A DNA stretch of 40,682 nucleotides, taken from IMG/VR virus record IMGVR_UViG_3300045988_125212; one strand, 5' to 3'. This document shows, one piece after another, positions 1 to 10,800 of the stretch. The translations under genes were made by a program, and so were the position numbers. The number at the start of each line of letters is the position of its first letter. The first letter of the stretch is position 1. Origin of the DNA: a virus. A model generated the notes under the pieces. That model saw only the letters and a program-made list of their open reading frames with translations, was not told where the DNA came from and did not search any database.

Positions 1-55
1 AGCAGACCAGGCGAACGCCAACGCAGAGAGGGCTGCAGAGAGGGCCAAACAGGCC
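1..55. repeat. 55-bp terminal direct repeat, identical to 40628..40682. This is the overlap of a circular or circularly permuted assembly, giving a unique genome of about 40,627 bp.
   Basis: agcagaccaggcgaacgccaacgcagagagggctgcagagagggccaaacaggcc occurs at both window ends. A reading frame crosses the junction in phase. Confidence 0.9.
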
Positions 56-2008
56 AAAGCTGCAGCGGCTTCGGCCGCAACTGAAGCATCAAAGGCCGTT
101 AAGAAGTCTGGCGACTCCATGTCTGGCCCACTTTCCATGGAGGGGAACAAACTCACTGGGTTGCCGGATCCATCGAACGATGGGGATGCCGTGTCAAAGG
201 GGTATCTAAATACTGAGCTTAGCAGGATACAGGGGGCCCCTGGACCTTATTACACCCCCACTGTAACGAACCCCACGCCCGGTCTGCTGCACATTGAGTT
301 TGGCAAAAGCCTGACCAGCATGCCGGACATTCCGGGTGTGGACGTGTCTCTGCCCTCTGGGGAAGCTGGCGACGACGGCGGATATTATATTCCGAAGATA
401 TCTCAAACCGGGATCAACACTATGCAGATGGGTTTCGATCCGAGTAAACCGGGAATGACATCAGTGCAACCCAGGCAAATTGTGCTCCCGAAGGGGGATC
501 CTGGGCAGGATGGCGTATCCCCCACCATATCCATCACTACCATCACCGGCGGCCACCGGCTGACTATCACGGATGCGGAGGGCCCCAAGAGCGCTGATAT
601 ATTGGATGGCGCAACCCCCGCCCTGCAAATCGGCACGGTGACCACACTGCCTGCCGGAAGTCCCGCCACGGCTGAGATTACCGGGACCGCCGCCAATCCC
701 GTGCTCAGTTTTGGCTTGCCCCGAGGAGCTGACGCGACTGGCGGCAGTGCTGGCGTCACGACGATCAACGGACTTGACGGCGCAGTCAAATTGCCGGTGT
801 CGGGGAGCTGCATCTGCAACTCCAACGCAGCTGACAAGCGGAAAGTGCTTACCGTCGTTACCGCCGGATTTGACCCGTCGGCTGATGGGGCTATACTGGC
901 AGTGCAGTTTAAAAGCCCAGGTAATACAGCGAGCGGCCCCGAACTGCAGATCGGACAAACCGTGTACACAATCCTGCACCCCGGCAATCTGACGCCACCG
1001 GCAGCATCTGCGTTGAAGAAATCAGTACACCACTTTTCCATGCGGGGCAGCACCCGCGCGGCTATCCTGCTTGATCCGTACGTAGCGCCAAGCACCGTCA
1101 ACGTTGACGCCACCCTGACCCAAAGCGGACAAGCTGCAGATGCCAAGGCCGTAGGCACAGCCCTGGCAACCCGTGTCCCCGCCGCACCGCTTGAGTCGGA
1201 CGCTGGCAAAGTCGCTACTGTTGGCTCAGACGGAATCCCCCGGTGGGAAACACTCCCCGCAGTAGGCTCACTATTTGGACTATGTTCCACCGCAGCATAT
1301 GATCCTTCGAAGAAAGCAACCTCCGTTGACGGAGATATCGTGGGCGGCGCGATTATCACAGTGGAGTTTACCAACGCCAACGAAGCAGAGAATCCGACTC
1401 TGACCGCCAATGGCGTAACCGGCGCGATAGTCGGACGCACTTTGGACCCCATCAGTGCTACAAGCCTTACAGCCGGTGTGCACAGATTTGTATGCCTGAG
1501 CAATTACAATAAGTGGATGATGTTGGACGCGCCGGACGAGCTGGAGTATATAGGCGAGTATACGCTGGCAGAGGATGTCGGTGTGTGGGAAATCGCATCT
1601 GATTTAAGCGGGGCCCCACTGCAGCTGAAGAAGATGTATTTTGAGTTGCACATCCAGCCAGCGCAAGTCAACATTGATAATAATATTTCTAACACCCATG
1701 CACGGATGACCGTCCCCACCTGGGCAAACGCATACGGAGTAAATACGTGCGTGTCGGGTTATCCGATGCTGCGCAAAACGGCGTACAAAGAAAATCCTGG
1801 ATGGGGCCAGCTGTGGGAAATCAGGACGCTGAATGGGCGTAACGTTGTATTTCGGCGCAGTAAAGGTGCCAGCTGCGCCGCAACTGTGTCCGCCGGAGAG
1901 GCGGCGGGGCCAGGCCATATCACAGGGCTTGGCCTAAGCTCTCTCGACCCCACTAAGGCACAGTTTGGAGCTGGCAGCACAGTAAAAATTTGGGGGGCGA
2001 AAATATGA
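2..2008 (+). CDS. Tail fibre protein, C-terminal part. It continues in frame from 40167..40682 across the circular junction, 822 aa in total.
   Basis: The frame is open from base 2. 40167 and 119 are in the same phase once the 55-bp overlap is removed. Contains the motif GDSMSGPLSMEGNKLTGLPDPSNDGDAVSKGYL and a collagen-like GDPGQDG. Lies after the portal and before the lysis genes. Confidence 0.8.
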   Translation, partial: ADQANANAERAAERAKQAKAAAASAATEASKAVKKSGDSMSGPLSMEGNKLTGLPDPSNDGDAVSKGYLNTELSRIQGAPGPYYTPTVTNPTPGLLHIEFGKSLTSMPDIPGVDVSLPSGEAGDDGGYYIPKISQTGINTMQMGFDPSKPGMTSVQPRQIVLPKGDPGQDGVSPTISITTITGGHRLTITDAEGPKSADILDGATPALQIGTVTTLPAGSPATAEITGTAANPVLSFGLPRGADATGGSAGVTTINGLDGAVKLPVSGSCICNSNAADKRKVLTVVTAGFDPSADGAILAVQFKSPGNTASGPELQIGQTVYTILHPGNLTPPAASALKKSVHHFSMRGSTRAAILLDPYVAPSTVNVDATLTQSGQAADAKAVGTALATRVPAAPLESDAGKVATVGSDGIPRWETLPAVGSLFGLCSTAAYDPSKKATSVDGDIVGGAIITVEFTNANEAENPTLTANGVTGAIVGRTLDPISATSLTAGVHRFVCLSNYNKWMMLDAPDELEYIGEYTLAEDVGVWEIASDLSGAPLQLKKMYFELHIQPAQVNIDNNISNTHARMTVPTWANAYGVNTCVSGYPMLRKTAYKENPGWGQLWEIRTLNGRNVVFRRSKGASCAATVSAGEAAGPGHITGLGLSSLDPTKAQFGAGSTVKIWGAKI

Positions 2009-2160
2009 GAGTTTGCAAAGACGGCGTTTGCCGAGATGCCACGCCGGAGGAGATGGCAGAAATGGAGGCGCTGGCGGCAGAAACGCCGCCCGAGCCCACG
2101 CCGGATGAAAAAATAGCCGCCCTACTGGCGGCAATCGAGGGAGGAATTAAGGATGCCTAA
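2005..2160 (+). CDS. Small phage protein (51 aa), below the ORF-track cutoff
   Basis: ATG 2005 overlaps the tail-fibre stop (ATGA). TAA 2158-2160 overlaps the next ATG at 2153. Sequence MRVCKDGVCRDATPEEMAEMEALAAETPPEPTPDEKIAALLAAIEGGIKDA. Confidence 0.5.
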   Translation: MRVCKDGVCRDATPEEMAEMEALAAETPPEPTPDEKIAALLAAIEGGIKDA

Positions 2161-2584
2161 TATCTACAAAGCCCTGGAGGCTATGGTGCGCCGCGCCGCC
2201 CAGCAAGCCCGGGCGGCAGCGCCTACAGCTGCTGCAGATGATGTAATCGCTGATATGGCGTTGCTCCAGGAGTGGGATCCCGGCAAGTACGCCGTTGGCG
2301 ATGTGCGGACGCATGTCGGCCAGCCCTGGCGTTGCTGCCAGGCGCACGATAGTACGAGCAACGAGATCTGGGCCCCCGGGGCCGTACCGGCGCTATGGGC
2401 CCCATATCATGCCACATCGGCTAAGTGGGCACTGCCTTGGGTGGCGCCCTCCGGTGCCCACGATGCCTACCAGGCGGGCGAGTACATGATTTGGGCGGAT
2501 GAGCTGACTTATAAATGCCTGGCGGATGCTACGGTGCACGGGCCGGATGTGCTGCCAGGCAGCTGGGAGGTGATAGAGCGGTGA
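2153..2584 (+). CDS. Putative carbohydrate-binding (CBM5/12-like) tail accessory protein
   Basis: Two aromatic motifs, YAVGDVRTHVGQPWRCCQAHDSTSNEIWAPG and YQAGEYMIWADELTYKCL, resemble chitin-binding type-3 domains (recalled pattern). Translationally coupled to its neighbours. Confidence 0.6.
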   Translation: MPNIYKALEAMVRRAAQQARAAAPTAAADDVIADMALLQEWDPGKYAVGDVRTHVGQPWRCCQAHDSTSNEIWAPGAVPALWAPYHATSAKWALPWVAPSGAHDAYQAGEYMIWADELTYKCLADATVHGPDVLPGSWEVIER

Positions 2585-2850
2585 TCGTCGACGCACAAAC
2601 CGTCATCACATTAGCGGCTGTGGTATCCGCTCTGGGTGGCCTTCTGGCCCTGCTCCGCCGGGTGTCCAGGTGGGTGGATCGACAGCAGGCGCAAGATGCT
2701 GAAATCAGTAACATAAAGTCCGAGCAGCAAGTGATTTGCTATGCGCTACTCGCTTGCCTCGACGGATTAAAGCAATTGGGCGCAAATGGAAACGTGACAA
2801 AAGCACATGATGCTTTGGATAAGCATCTAAACAAAAATGCACATCATTAA
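2581..2850 (+). CDS. Small N-terminally membrane-anchored protein (holin-associated?)
   Basis: GTG 2581 overlaps the upstream TGA (GTGA). Hydrophobic segment ITLAAVVSALGGLLALL followed by a charged helix. The ORF-track start at 2515 lies inside the previous gene. Confidence 0.6.
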   Translation: MIVDAQTVITLAAVVSALGGLLALLRRVSRWVDRQQAQDAEISNIKSEQQVICYALLACLDGLKQLGANGNVTKAHDALDKHLNKNAHH

Positions 2851-2862
2851 GGAGGTAAAATC

Positions 2863-3126
2863 ATGGATTTTGGAATTGCAAGCGTGGCAGGAATTACGGT
2901 GATTTGCTATCTGATCGGCCAAATCATCAAGGCTACCGGCCTGAATAATAAGTGGATTCCCTGCATCGTGGGCACCGCAGGAGCGGCGCTGGGGGCTGTG
3001 GGGATGTACATCATGCCCGATTTCCCAGCGGGGGACGCGCTGACAGCTGTGGCTGTTGGCATTGTATCGGGCTTGGCTGCCACCGGCGTGGATCAACTGG
3101 GCAAGCAGCTGGGCAAGGGGGAATGA
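2863..3126 (+). CDS. Holin (Hol44-like)
   Basis: RBS TAAGGAGGT upstream. 87 aa with hydrophobic segments, MDFGIASVAGITVICYLIGQIIKATGLNNKWIP... Sits directly upstream of the endolysin. Confidence 0.75.
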   Translation: MDFGIASVAGITVICYLIGQIIKATGLNNKWIPCIVGTAGAALGAVGMYIMPDFPAGDALTAVAVGIVSGLAATGVDQLGKQLGKGE

Positions 3127-3132
3127 GGAGCA

Positions 3133-3438
3133 ATGAAGAAGATCTTTGCTTCGCTGCCCATGGCGGGTAAAAGCTACGCAGAAATCCGGAAGGGGCAAGA
3201 ATCTCTGCTGCGGAAAGCAAAAGATATTTTGGGGGAGCCGGTTGAACTGATTGAAAGCCTTTTCACAGACGCGCCCAATGGCTCTGCTCCGCTTTGGTAT
3301 CTTGCAAGGTCCTTGGAGCTGCTTTCCAGTGCAGACTATGTCATTTTTGCAGATGGCTGGGCCACGGCGCGGGGCTGCAGAATTGAGCACAGATGCGCCG
3401 TGGAATACGGAATCAAGATTTTGGGGGAGGAAGGATAA
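3133..3438 (+). CDS. DUF4406 / nucleoside 2-deoxyribosyltransferase-like protein
   Basis: MKKIFASLPMAGKS...SADYVIFADGWATARGCRIEHRCAVEYGIKIL matches the recalled DUF4406 pattern (PM.G at the N-terminus, GW..SRG...E at the C-terminus). Confidence 0.55.
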   Translation: MKKIFASLPMAGKSYAEIRKGQESLLRKAKDILGEPVELIESLFTDAPNGSAPLWYLARSLELLSSADYVIFADGWATARGCRIEHRCAVEYGIKILGEEG

Positions 3439-3439
3439 A

Positions 3440-4624
3440 ATGAAAATCAAACAGCAGTTTGCCACTCGCAACGACTGCTACCGGCGCAATCAGGCAGAGC
3501 TGGACAAGTCCACCGGCAGCCGCGACAGCCGATACGACCGATACTATCAAGGCCCCAGAGGGGTGATGATCCACTCCACCGGGGCCAACAACCCCAACCT
3601 GAGGCGCTACGTGCAGCCGGATGACGGCACATTGGGGGTCAATCCCAATGGCAACGACTGGAACCGGCCAGGGCTGGATGTGGCAGTCCACGCCTTCATC
3701 GGACTGACCAAGGCGGGAGACGTGGCAGTCTATCAAATTCTGCCCTGGGAATACAGGGCTTGGCACTGTGGCGGCGATGCCAATAATACCCATCTTTCCT
3801 TTGAGATTTGTGAAGATGATCTTGGAGACCGGGACTATTTTTGGTCCGTCTATTGGGGAGCTGTCGCCTTGACGGCTGAACTGTGTCGGAAGTTCGGCCT
3901 AAACCCGCTGGAGCCAGGTGTGGTAATCAGTCACGCAGAAGGGGCCCAGATGGGTATCGCCAGCAACCACGCCGATGTTGGCCACTGGTGGAGCCGCTTT
4001 GGCGTCACCATGGATGACTTTAGGGAGGATGTCTCCGATGAGATGAATGCTAGCGCCCGGCCCTTATACCGGGTGCGGCGCACCTGGGCGGACAAGGATA
4101 GCCAGGTTGGCGCGTTTGCAGATTTGGATAAGGCAAAAGCCGCGTGCCCTGTGGGATACAGCGTATATGATTCTGCAGGAAACGCCGTTTACACAAACAC
4201 AAATAAGGAGGACAAGAACATGACGAAGGAAGAGTTTCGGGAGATGGTCAACACTGCGGCGTCCAATGCCGCGAGCGCCGCTGTGGAGAAAAAGCTGGGA
4301 AAGTATTACAAAACGCTCGGTGATGTCACGAGCAATACTTTCCTGGAGGCCCTTTCGCCGCTGGTGGCAAGTGGGGTCTTGAAGGGGCGTGGCGGGTCCG
4401 GCAATGACCTCATTCTGGACATGCACGAGGAGTCGTTGAGAATCCTTGTGATCCTGTCCAGAATCATGAGCGAAGTCGGCCTCATTGCCCCGCCTGAGGA
4501 TGCGGACCATCCCGAGGATGTGCTTATGCATGTGGCAGACGTCTCCGCATATGCTGCAGATGAGGCAGTGGAGGCCCATGAAAAGCAGTACCACACGATC
4601 ATTCGGCTTGACGCCGAGGAGTAA
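3440..4624 (+). CDS. Endolysin: N-acetylmuramoyl-L-alanine amidase (Amidase_2/PGRP-like) with a C-terminal extension
   Basis: RBS GGGAGGAAGGA then ATG 3440, directly after the upstream TAA. The ORF-track start at 3251 is an upstream read-through. Contains the cell-wall-binding-like motif YRVRRTWADKDSQVGAFADLDKAKAA. Internal SD plus in-frame ATG at 4220. Confidence 0.8.
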   Translation: MKIKQQFATRNDCYRRNQAELDKSTGSRDSRYDRYYQGPRGVMIHSTGANNPNLRRYVQPDDGTLGVNPNGNDWNRPGLDVAVHAFIGLTKAGDVAVYQILPWEYRAWHCGGDANNTHLSFEICEDDLGDRDYFWSVYWGAVALTAELCRKFGLNPLEPGVVISHAEGAQMGIASNHADVGHWWSRFGVTMDDFREDVSDEMNASARPLYRVRRTWADKDSQVGAFADLDKAKAACPVGYSVYDSAGNAVYTNTNKEDKNMTKEEFREMVNTAASNAASAAVEKKLGKYYKTLGDVTSNTFLEALSPLVASGVLKGRGGSGNDLILDMHEESLRILVILSRIMSEVGLIAPPEDADHPEDVLMHVADVSAYAADEAVEAHEKQYHTIIRLDAEE

Positions 4625-4634
4625 CACGCAAAGA

Positions 4635-4680
4635 AAAATTGCTCCATCCACCGGGGACATCCTGGGGATGGAGCAATTTT
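4635..4680. terminator. Bidirectional intrinsic terminator between the convergent late operons
   Basis: 15-bp arms aaaattgctccatcc / ggatggagcaatttt with A and T tracts on either side. Confidence 0.75.
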
Positions 4681-4692
4681 GCGTTTAAAATA

Positions 4693-4727
4693 GAAAATGC
4701 CGATGCGCATATCACATCGGCATTTTC
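4693..4727. terminator. Second bidirectional intrinsic terminator
   Basis: 13-bp arms gaaaatgccgatg / catcggcattttc with a 9-nt loop. Confidence 0.75.
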
Positions 4728-4870
4728 TATCCCGGGTAGGAGCTCGTTTCAATCCACACCAAGGCCAGGGCGGGGAAGGATTGGTAGGCAGCTAAATATA
4801 TTTGACCTTCTCCACGCCTCCTTGGAGACGTATTTACTATAGCACGTTTTGGCCCCGATGTCAATGCCGT

Positions 4871-7800
4871 TTACAAATAGATGTCTGCGAGGGCCCTTGC
4901 CGTTGCGTAGTCTACACCAAACTCCTCCATGCACCACCTTGTGAGTCGGTCCTTTTGGCCTTTTCCCGTCCCCTTATTTCTCGCGTACTCCCTATATAAC
5001 TCCACCCATTCACCCGCGCTGATTCCAATGTCAATAGCTTTGTTCAGGCCCTTTTCCATGGAATCTGGCAGGTAAGTCCGGATTGTCAGCTCCTCCTGTT
5101 CTGGCGTCATCCCCATCCCGTGGATAGCCTCCATTTTCTGGACATTGCTTACAGAGTCCTTCCCGTCTTCAGGGGTCAACCCGCGCATGAGGTCCGCTAC
5201 TTTCTTAGCCTTGTCCGCTTCCAGTCCGGACCCCGTCAACTCGCCGTACTTCCCGGAATCCTGACGCAGGGTAGTCGTAAAGCCCAGGGTGCTTAGCAGG
5301 GATGACTTCAGCCCATTTGGAACTCCCACCTTGTCGAGGTTATAATTCCAGTCAAGGGCTTTCTCCGCTGCAGGCTTGTCTTGAGCAGAGATGTACCGAT
5401 ATGTCCGATAGACCCGCAGAAATAGCCCAGAGTCTTCTCCGGATTGTCGGACAGCAATGTAGGCCTTCGCCGCGCTGGTTAGGTTGTTATATGCCTCTGT
5501 CTTTCCGCCCTTCAGGCTTTTGTAGAAATCATAGGCATCTTCTAGCTGCTTTGGGTCCGGGGACTCCCCCTGTTTCCATGCCTGTGTAACGTCTTCTAAC
5601 GCGCTGGAGAAGCGGCTTTTTGAGTCCAGAATGTCCACGTATTGCGCTGGGGTAAGCTTCAGCTCGTCCATTTCTGCCAGCTGGTTTTCCGTCATCCCAT
5701 ATACCTTGAGCCATGACTTTTCATCATTCTTTTCGCTGACGCTCAGCACCGCCCGGTACTTGTCGTAGTTGGTCGGATCCTCAACCCCCTTGAGCTTAGA
5801 CGATACAGCCCGGAATGCGGCTTTCATCTGCTCCGTGCTGAAGCCTGCCTCGACAGCCCTGTCGTACGTTTTTTCGGAGGGGGCCCCCACATCGGACACG
5901 GCAGCTCGCTTCAGAATCGCGGAGACGGCCTTGTCTCCAATGTCCCCGCCAAGGTCCTCCATCCACGCGGCATCCATCTCTTTATACCGGTCCGGGAGAG
6001 CTTCCTTTCTGCCAATCTCCCTGGCGTAGTCATACGCAGACTCAATGGCTTTCTTCTTCCCTTCGTCTGTGAGACCCTCGTAGGCCTCCTGGCCTAGCAT
6101 CTTCGACACTAGGTCATATGACACCGACCCCTGCTTTTCGGCCAGAGTGCGCCACTCCTCCGCCGTCAGGGCCACCTTCTTGGCCCCGTCTGGAGTCTTG
6201 ATTGTAATCGTGCGGTTTGCGTCCCTGGGAGATGGACTGTCTCCGGTGGTGGCAGCCAGCCTGTAGAGCTCCTGGTCCGCTTGAGTCTCGTTGATTTTTG
6301 ATGTATAGGCCGGATTCAAGAAAGCGTTAAAAACTCTCTGGAAGAAGTTTCCCTTTCCCTCTTTCCGCCCCCACTCATCTACATACTCGACCTGGAAGAA
6401 ATCTCCCGGTAACTTTTGGAACGCTCGTCCAGCAATCCGCTGTAGCTCTTTTACTACCGGGTCGCTTGACGTGGTGTACACCGTCTTCCGGTTTTTATCT
6501 GCCGCCTGGTCAAACTGGCCGAACGCGGTAGGAAGGGCCTGCATCAGGTATGAGGTGGCAGAGCTGATAATGAGGCTCCATATTTCATTCCCGTCATCCG
6601 TGTACCTAGCGGACGATATCAAGTCGTTGAGACTTGACAGACACGACAGTTCCAGTAGCGGTTCCATTGCGTTGCCAGCGCCATAAATAATTGCTGTTAC
6701 GGCACTCGTATCATCTCCGTACTCGCCGGATGCTGCTTTTTGCGTTTCCACACCCATAAAAAACGGTATGGCTGCGGGAGCGAGCCAATCAAGCGAGACG
6801 CTGGTATCTCCGAGGACCAGTTCATAGGCCTGGTGCCCGGTCCGGTCCTCATCATCGCCCAGCTCTCCGCCTCTCACGACGCCCAGGCTTCCCAAAAGTG
6901 CGCCGAGTGCATACACGCCCGTACCGGTCAGTCCAGCAGACAATGTTTCCATACACTCCGCTGCGGTCATCTCCCCGTCCCGCACCTTGGAAAAATACTG
7001 ATACCCTGCTCTGACAAGCCCAAACGGGCTGTATTCCACGCTTCTTACGACGATATTGGCCGGGGTCTTCCGGAAGGGAAGGACACCTTCGAAGAACACC
7101 TTCTTGGCTGCCTCCATTACTCGGTTCTCGCTTTTCTTCCGCCCGAACTGAGATACGGCCTTTGAGAAAGCATTCAAATCATTGAATGTCGCTTTCATTG
7201 CCTCGTTGACCGCATAGGACCGGGCTTCTTGCAAGATTTGATCTGGGACCTTTCCATCCAGGACTTCGGATGAGGAGTATCCCCGTGCCTTGATAAACCC
7301 GGCCAGGCTGGATGCGTACGCAGAGCGCTTGAAGAACAGGTCTTCCGCCTCTAGGGCATTGGAGTTTGCGTTAGACAGTTTGTTTAGGGCTTCATTCTTA
7401 AATATCTTTCGATACTTCTGGATTTCCGACTTCGCGGAATCACCGGACTTCCCGCTGTACTCCATCATCTCAGACACGGTTTTGCTTTTCGCGTCGGATT
7501 TTGCCCAAGATAGCAATTCCCGACTCTTTTTGCCGAGCCCTATTACAGACTTCGTACGCTGTTCTTTGGGGAGCGCCCGTTCCAACGCGGACCCGATTGC
7601 TCGTTTAACGTCCACATATGGGCGGAATGCAGCGTTTCCTATGACATTTCGCACGTGTGTTTTGACGTTTCCAAGCATGGACATGTACCGCCAGGAGTCA
7701 AACTTTTCGTCAAGCGTCCCAGGCATTTGCGCGGCAGCATACTCGTATATGGCGGACAATGCATCGATCTTCCCGGCATCGGATGCATCCGCCATGTTAT

Positions 7801-10800
7801 TTCCCACTGCGTTTGCGGCGGACACCTCTCGTGACTTGCTACTGCCGCTTAGTTCTTGCAGGTATTCCTGTGACAAGGAATCCGGGATCTGGATTGTTTC
7901 TGGCATGCTGCCTTCTGCTATCTTTTTCCCGAATTTCTTCTGGTAGTACCGGTTTATGTTCTCCTTTACAGCAGATAGCTGCCCTTCCGGGGTCATTTGC
8001 CGCAACATTTTGTGCAGTTGTAAGGCCCTGCCAGCAACTCTGGCCATGTCTGTCATATCGACGAACAATTTGGCGGCGGTCTCCTGGCTTTTTTGGTCCT
8101 TACTATTGGCGTACTTAGAGTACAGAAGTTGAGCGGCAGCAATTTCAGTCTCTCCAATTTCCCCGGTTTCTGCAGCCTTGGAGATCCGCCACATCATGGC
8201 TTCTTCTCCACCAGAGGAAACTTCTTTGGCGGCGTTCTGCAACGTATCCCGGTTGGTTTTCGTGTCAGCCCCCACAATGCCGTCTGTGACCATTTTTTCT
8301 ATGACTGGGATGAAACTATCTGGGGTTACTTTGGCCCCGTAAGCGTTCGCCACGAAGTCTGAGACACGCTTCCCATTCCCGTCCCTTTTCGGGACATTCA
8401 TAGGCCTTGCGTCATTTCTTCGGTCAGGTTTGTTCCCACTTTCGTACTGGAGGGAGGTGTACGGGTCAAACCCTCTCGGGGCGGCTCCTGTGGAGGCGTC
8501 CTTGTTTTTGGCGCTTAATCCTCCCAGTCCGGACCGTACATTGCTTCCATATACCGCTCCAGCCCCTTCCGAATTATCATCGTTAACTGGGACCCCTCCC
8601 GTTTGTCGTTTTCTCGAGCTTGCTGCAGGAGCGTCATGTCCTCTTCTTTCATCGTACGTCCCGTCGAAAGTTCCTGCGGCTCTTCCCGTCTCTGATTCAT
8701 AACGTTTTATGCCTCCCTCTAACACTGTCCGTATGGTTGTGGGTTCTTCAAACAAGCTGTCTTGGTCAGGGCTCCCGAGAGATTGTAGCTCATCGAAGAT
8801 GCAGGAAAGCATGGTCCTAATCTGCGCCCCGCTTCGCTTATTCGCTTGAATGAAGTTGGCGATTAAGACCTCGCTTGACGAGTATCCATCTCCGATGGTG
8901 ACTTGATCTGCGATGTTGTCAGGGGTTGTCCCCTCGTTCTTTGCCCGCAAAAATAACTGGACCGCACCAATGACTGCATCCGGCAAGTTTACATCATATT
9001 GGGACCCAGATGCGACAGACTCTCTCGCTCTGGCGACCTGTGGAGCTACAGCCAGAAGCGCATTGGTCACATTTTTGGCGTCATTCCCAAGGCTCTCTGT
9101 GAGCCGTGTAAGAAGTTCCTCATCTCCATAGGCGTAAGAAAAGATTGCGTTCTGGACTCGAGACAGCCCTTCCTGGGATAGGGTCCCGTTGGATGTTACG
9201 ACCCTTGCCCGATCTGACTCTGGCACAACCTTCTCGACAAAAGCAGATATGAATTGCTTGTTTCCTTTCGCGTTGAGGTCCCCTGATTCGTCTACGCTCA
9301 GCATGGGAATGACTTCTCCCATATTTTTTGAATCATTCAATGCGGTCTCTGCAGCCGAATAAGAAGAAGTCGTTGAGTTGTTAAGTGACGACGCCAGCCG
9401 GGACCAGTCCACATCCCCGGTCGGGATCCGGATTAGAACAGGGTTGTCCGGAAGGCGCTGCGGGTCCAACCCATACTCCTGTGCATGGCTCCGGACATAC
9501 TCTGCATACTCGTTGGCCGAGCCGTTTTTGTATGCAGTGGAAATGGCTTGGGCCCGGGCATTCCCGCCAATAACAACCCCGTCGCCCCTTACAATTGGCG
9601 CTCCGTTTTGAGCCGTTGGGGACTCTGCGAGAAGAGCCGGGGTTAGGTTCTTTGCGATTTTGCTGACTTGCAATTGGGACGCGGCCCGTGACCGGTCTCT
9701 TGGTTGCAAATCAGAAGGATACGCGGCGTTCGCGGCTCCAAACTCGTCATGAGACGTGACCAAGGAATCAGCCGGGACCACAGCCCATCTGTAGCCAATT
9801 TCCGAGTTATCCTCCCCATAAGTCTTACCAGACGAACCAAACGCGGCAGATGGATCACTCGCAACCGAATTGTACTCTCCAAATTCTGTGTTGTCAACAG
9901 TCCCGTTGATTGTTTCCTGGGTGGGTCCCGCGCTAGCAGCCGGTCTGAACGTGTCCCGCATTGCCTGGTTCAATGCCTCTTCGTTTGATTTTGGGGAAGG
10001 GGATTCGGCCTCATTTCGAGGTTCTGCGGGCGGGTTTTCGGGATCACCGCTGTTGCTGCTGCCTCTCCTGCTAGTCAGGAGCCCTTTTGCCCCGACTCCT
10101 GCGGACATCATTCCGCCAGAGAGGAACGACACCGCCGCCGTGCTGGCGGCCTCCTTTATGTTATCGTTCAGAACTGCGGCGTTTGCTTCTTCCAGCGTCA
10201 TTCCTGCCGCGATGTATGCCTGACGGGCCTGGTTGGACTTTGAGTTTTTCTGCAAAATCACCGCTTCTGCCAGGAGGTTTCCGGCAAGAGACAGCTCCTC
10301 TTCGGACACTTCCACTCCACCCTGGATTGCTGCGTTTTTCAGTAGTTCTTTGATCGTGGAGGGGTCATCCGCGTTGAGCAGCCGGTCCAGGGACACCTTC
10401 TCCGTAAGGACTTCCAAGGCCCCAGAGGCCACGCCCATTGCTACAGCTTGGGAAGGAGAAGCCCCGCGCTCAGATGCCTCTTGCACGCCGCTCTGGAATG
10501 ACCCCAGTCCGGCCAGTGTCAGGGAGCCAGCCCCGCCGGTAAGCCCAACCCTAGCCAGATTATCTGCGGCAGACATGCCAGCAGAATATAGGGTCCCGAG
10601 AGCCTTTCCGCCGACACCCGGGACAGCCTCTTGTATGTCATTCTGCGTTTCTTCACGTACAGTTCCCGCCCACTTGCTGGGGTTGTATCCGGGTAGATTG
10701 GGATTCATGGTGTTGTAGTTTGATCCACTCGTTGACCGTCTAATGGATTCGTTTATTGCGCTCGCGGCCCCGGTTACGCTTCCCACGATATTCTGGGGGA

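Noticed and set aside
1-55. A biological direct terminal repeat of a linear phage genome
   Set aside because: The length equals a common assembler k-mer (55), and a gene reads through in frame, so an assembly overlap of a circular contig is more likely.
1-2584. A diversity-generating retroelement targeting the tail fibre or the CBM-like protein
   Set aside because: There is no reverse transcriptase gene and no template or variable repeat pair anywhere in the genome.
3251-3439. The long N-terminal extensions given by the ORF track: 3251, 21728, 22431, 24947, 28744, 30754, 33312, 34599
   Set aside because: These extensions overlap upstream genes or promoters and lack RBSs. Internal starts with GGAGG-type RBSs at the correct spacing were used instead.
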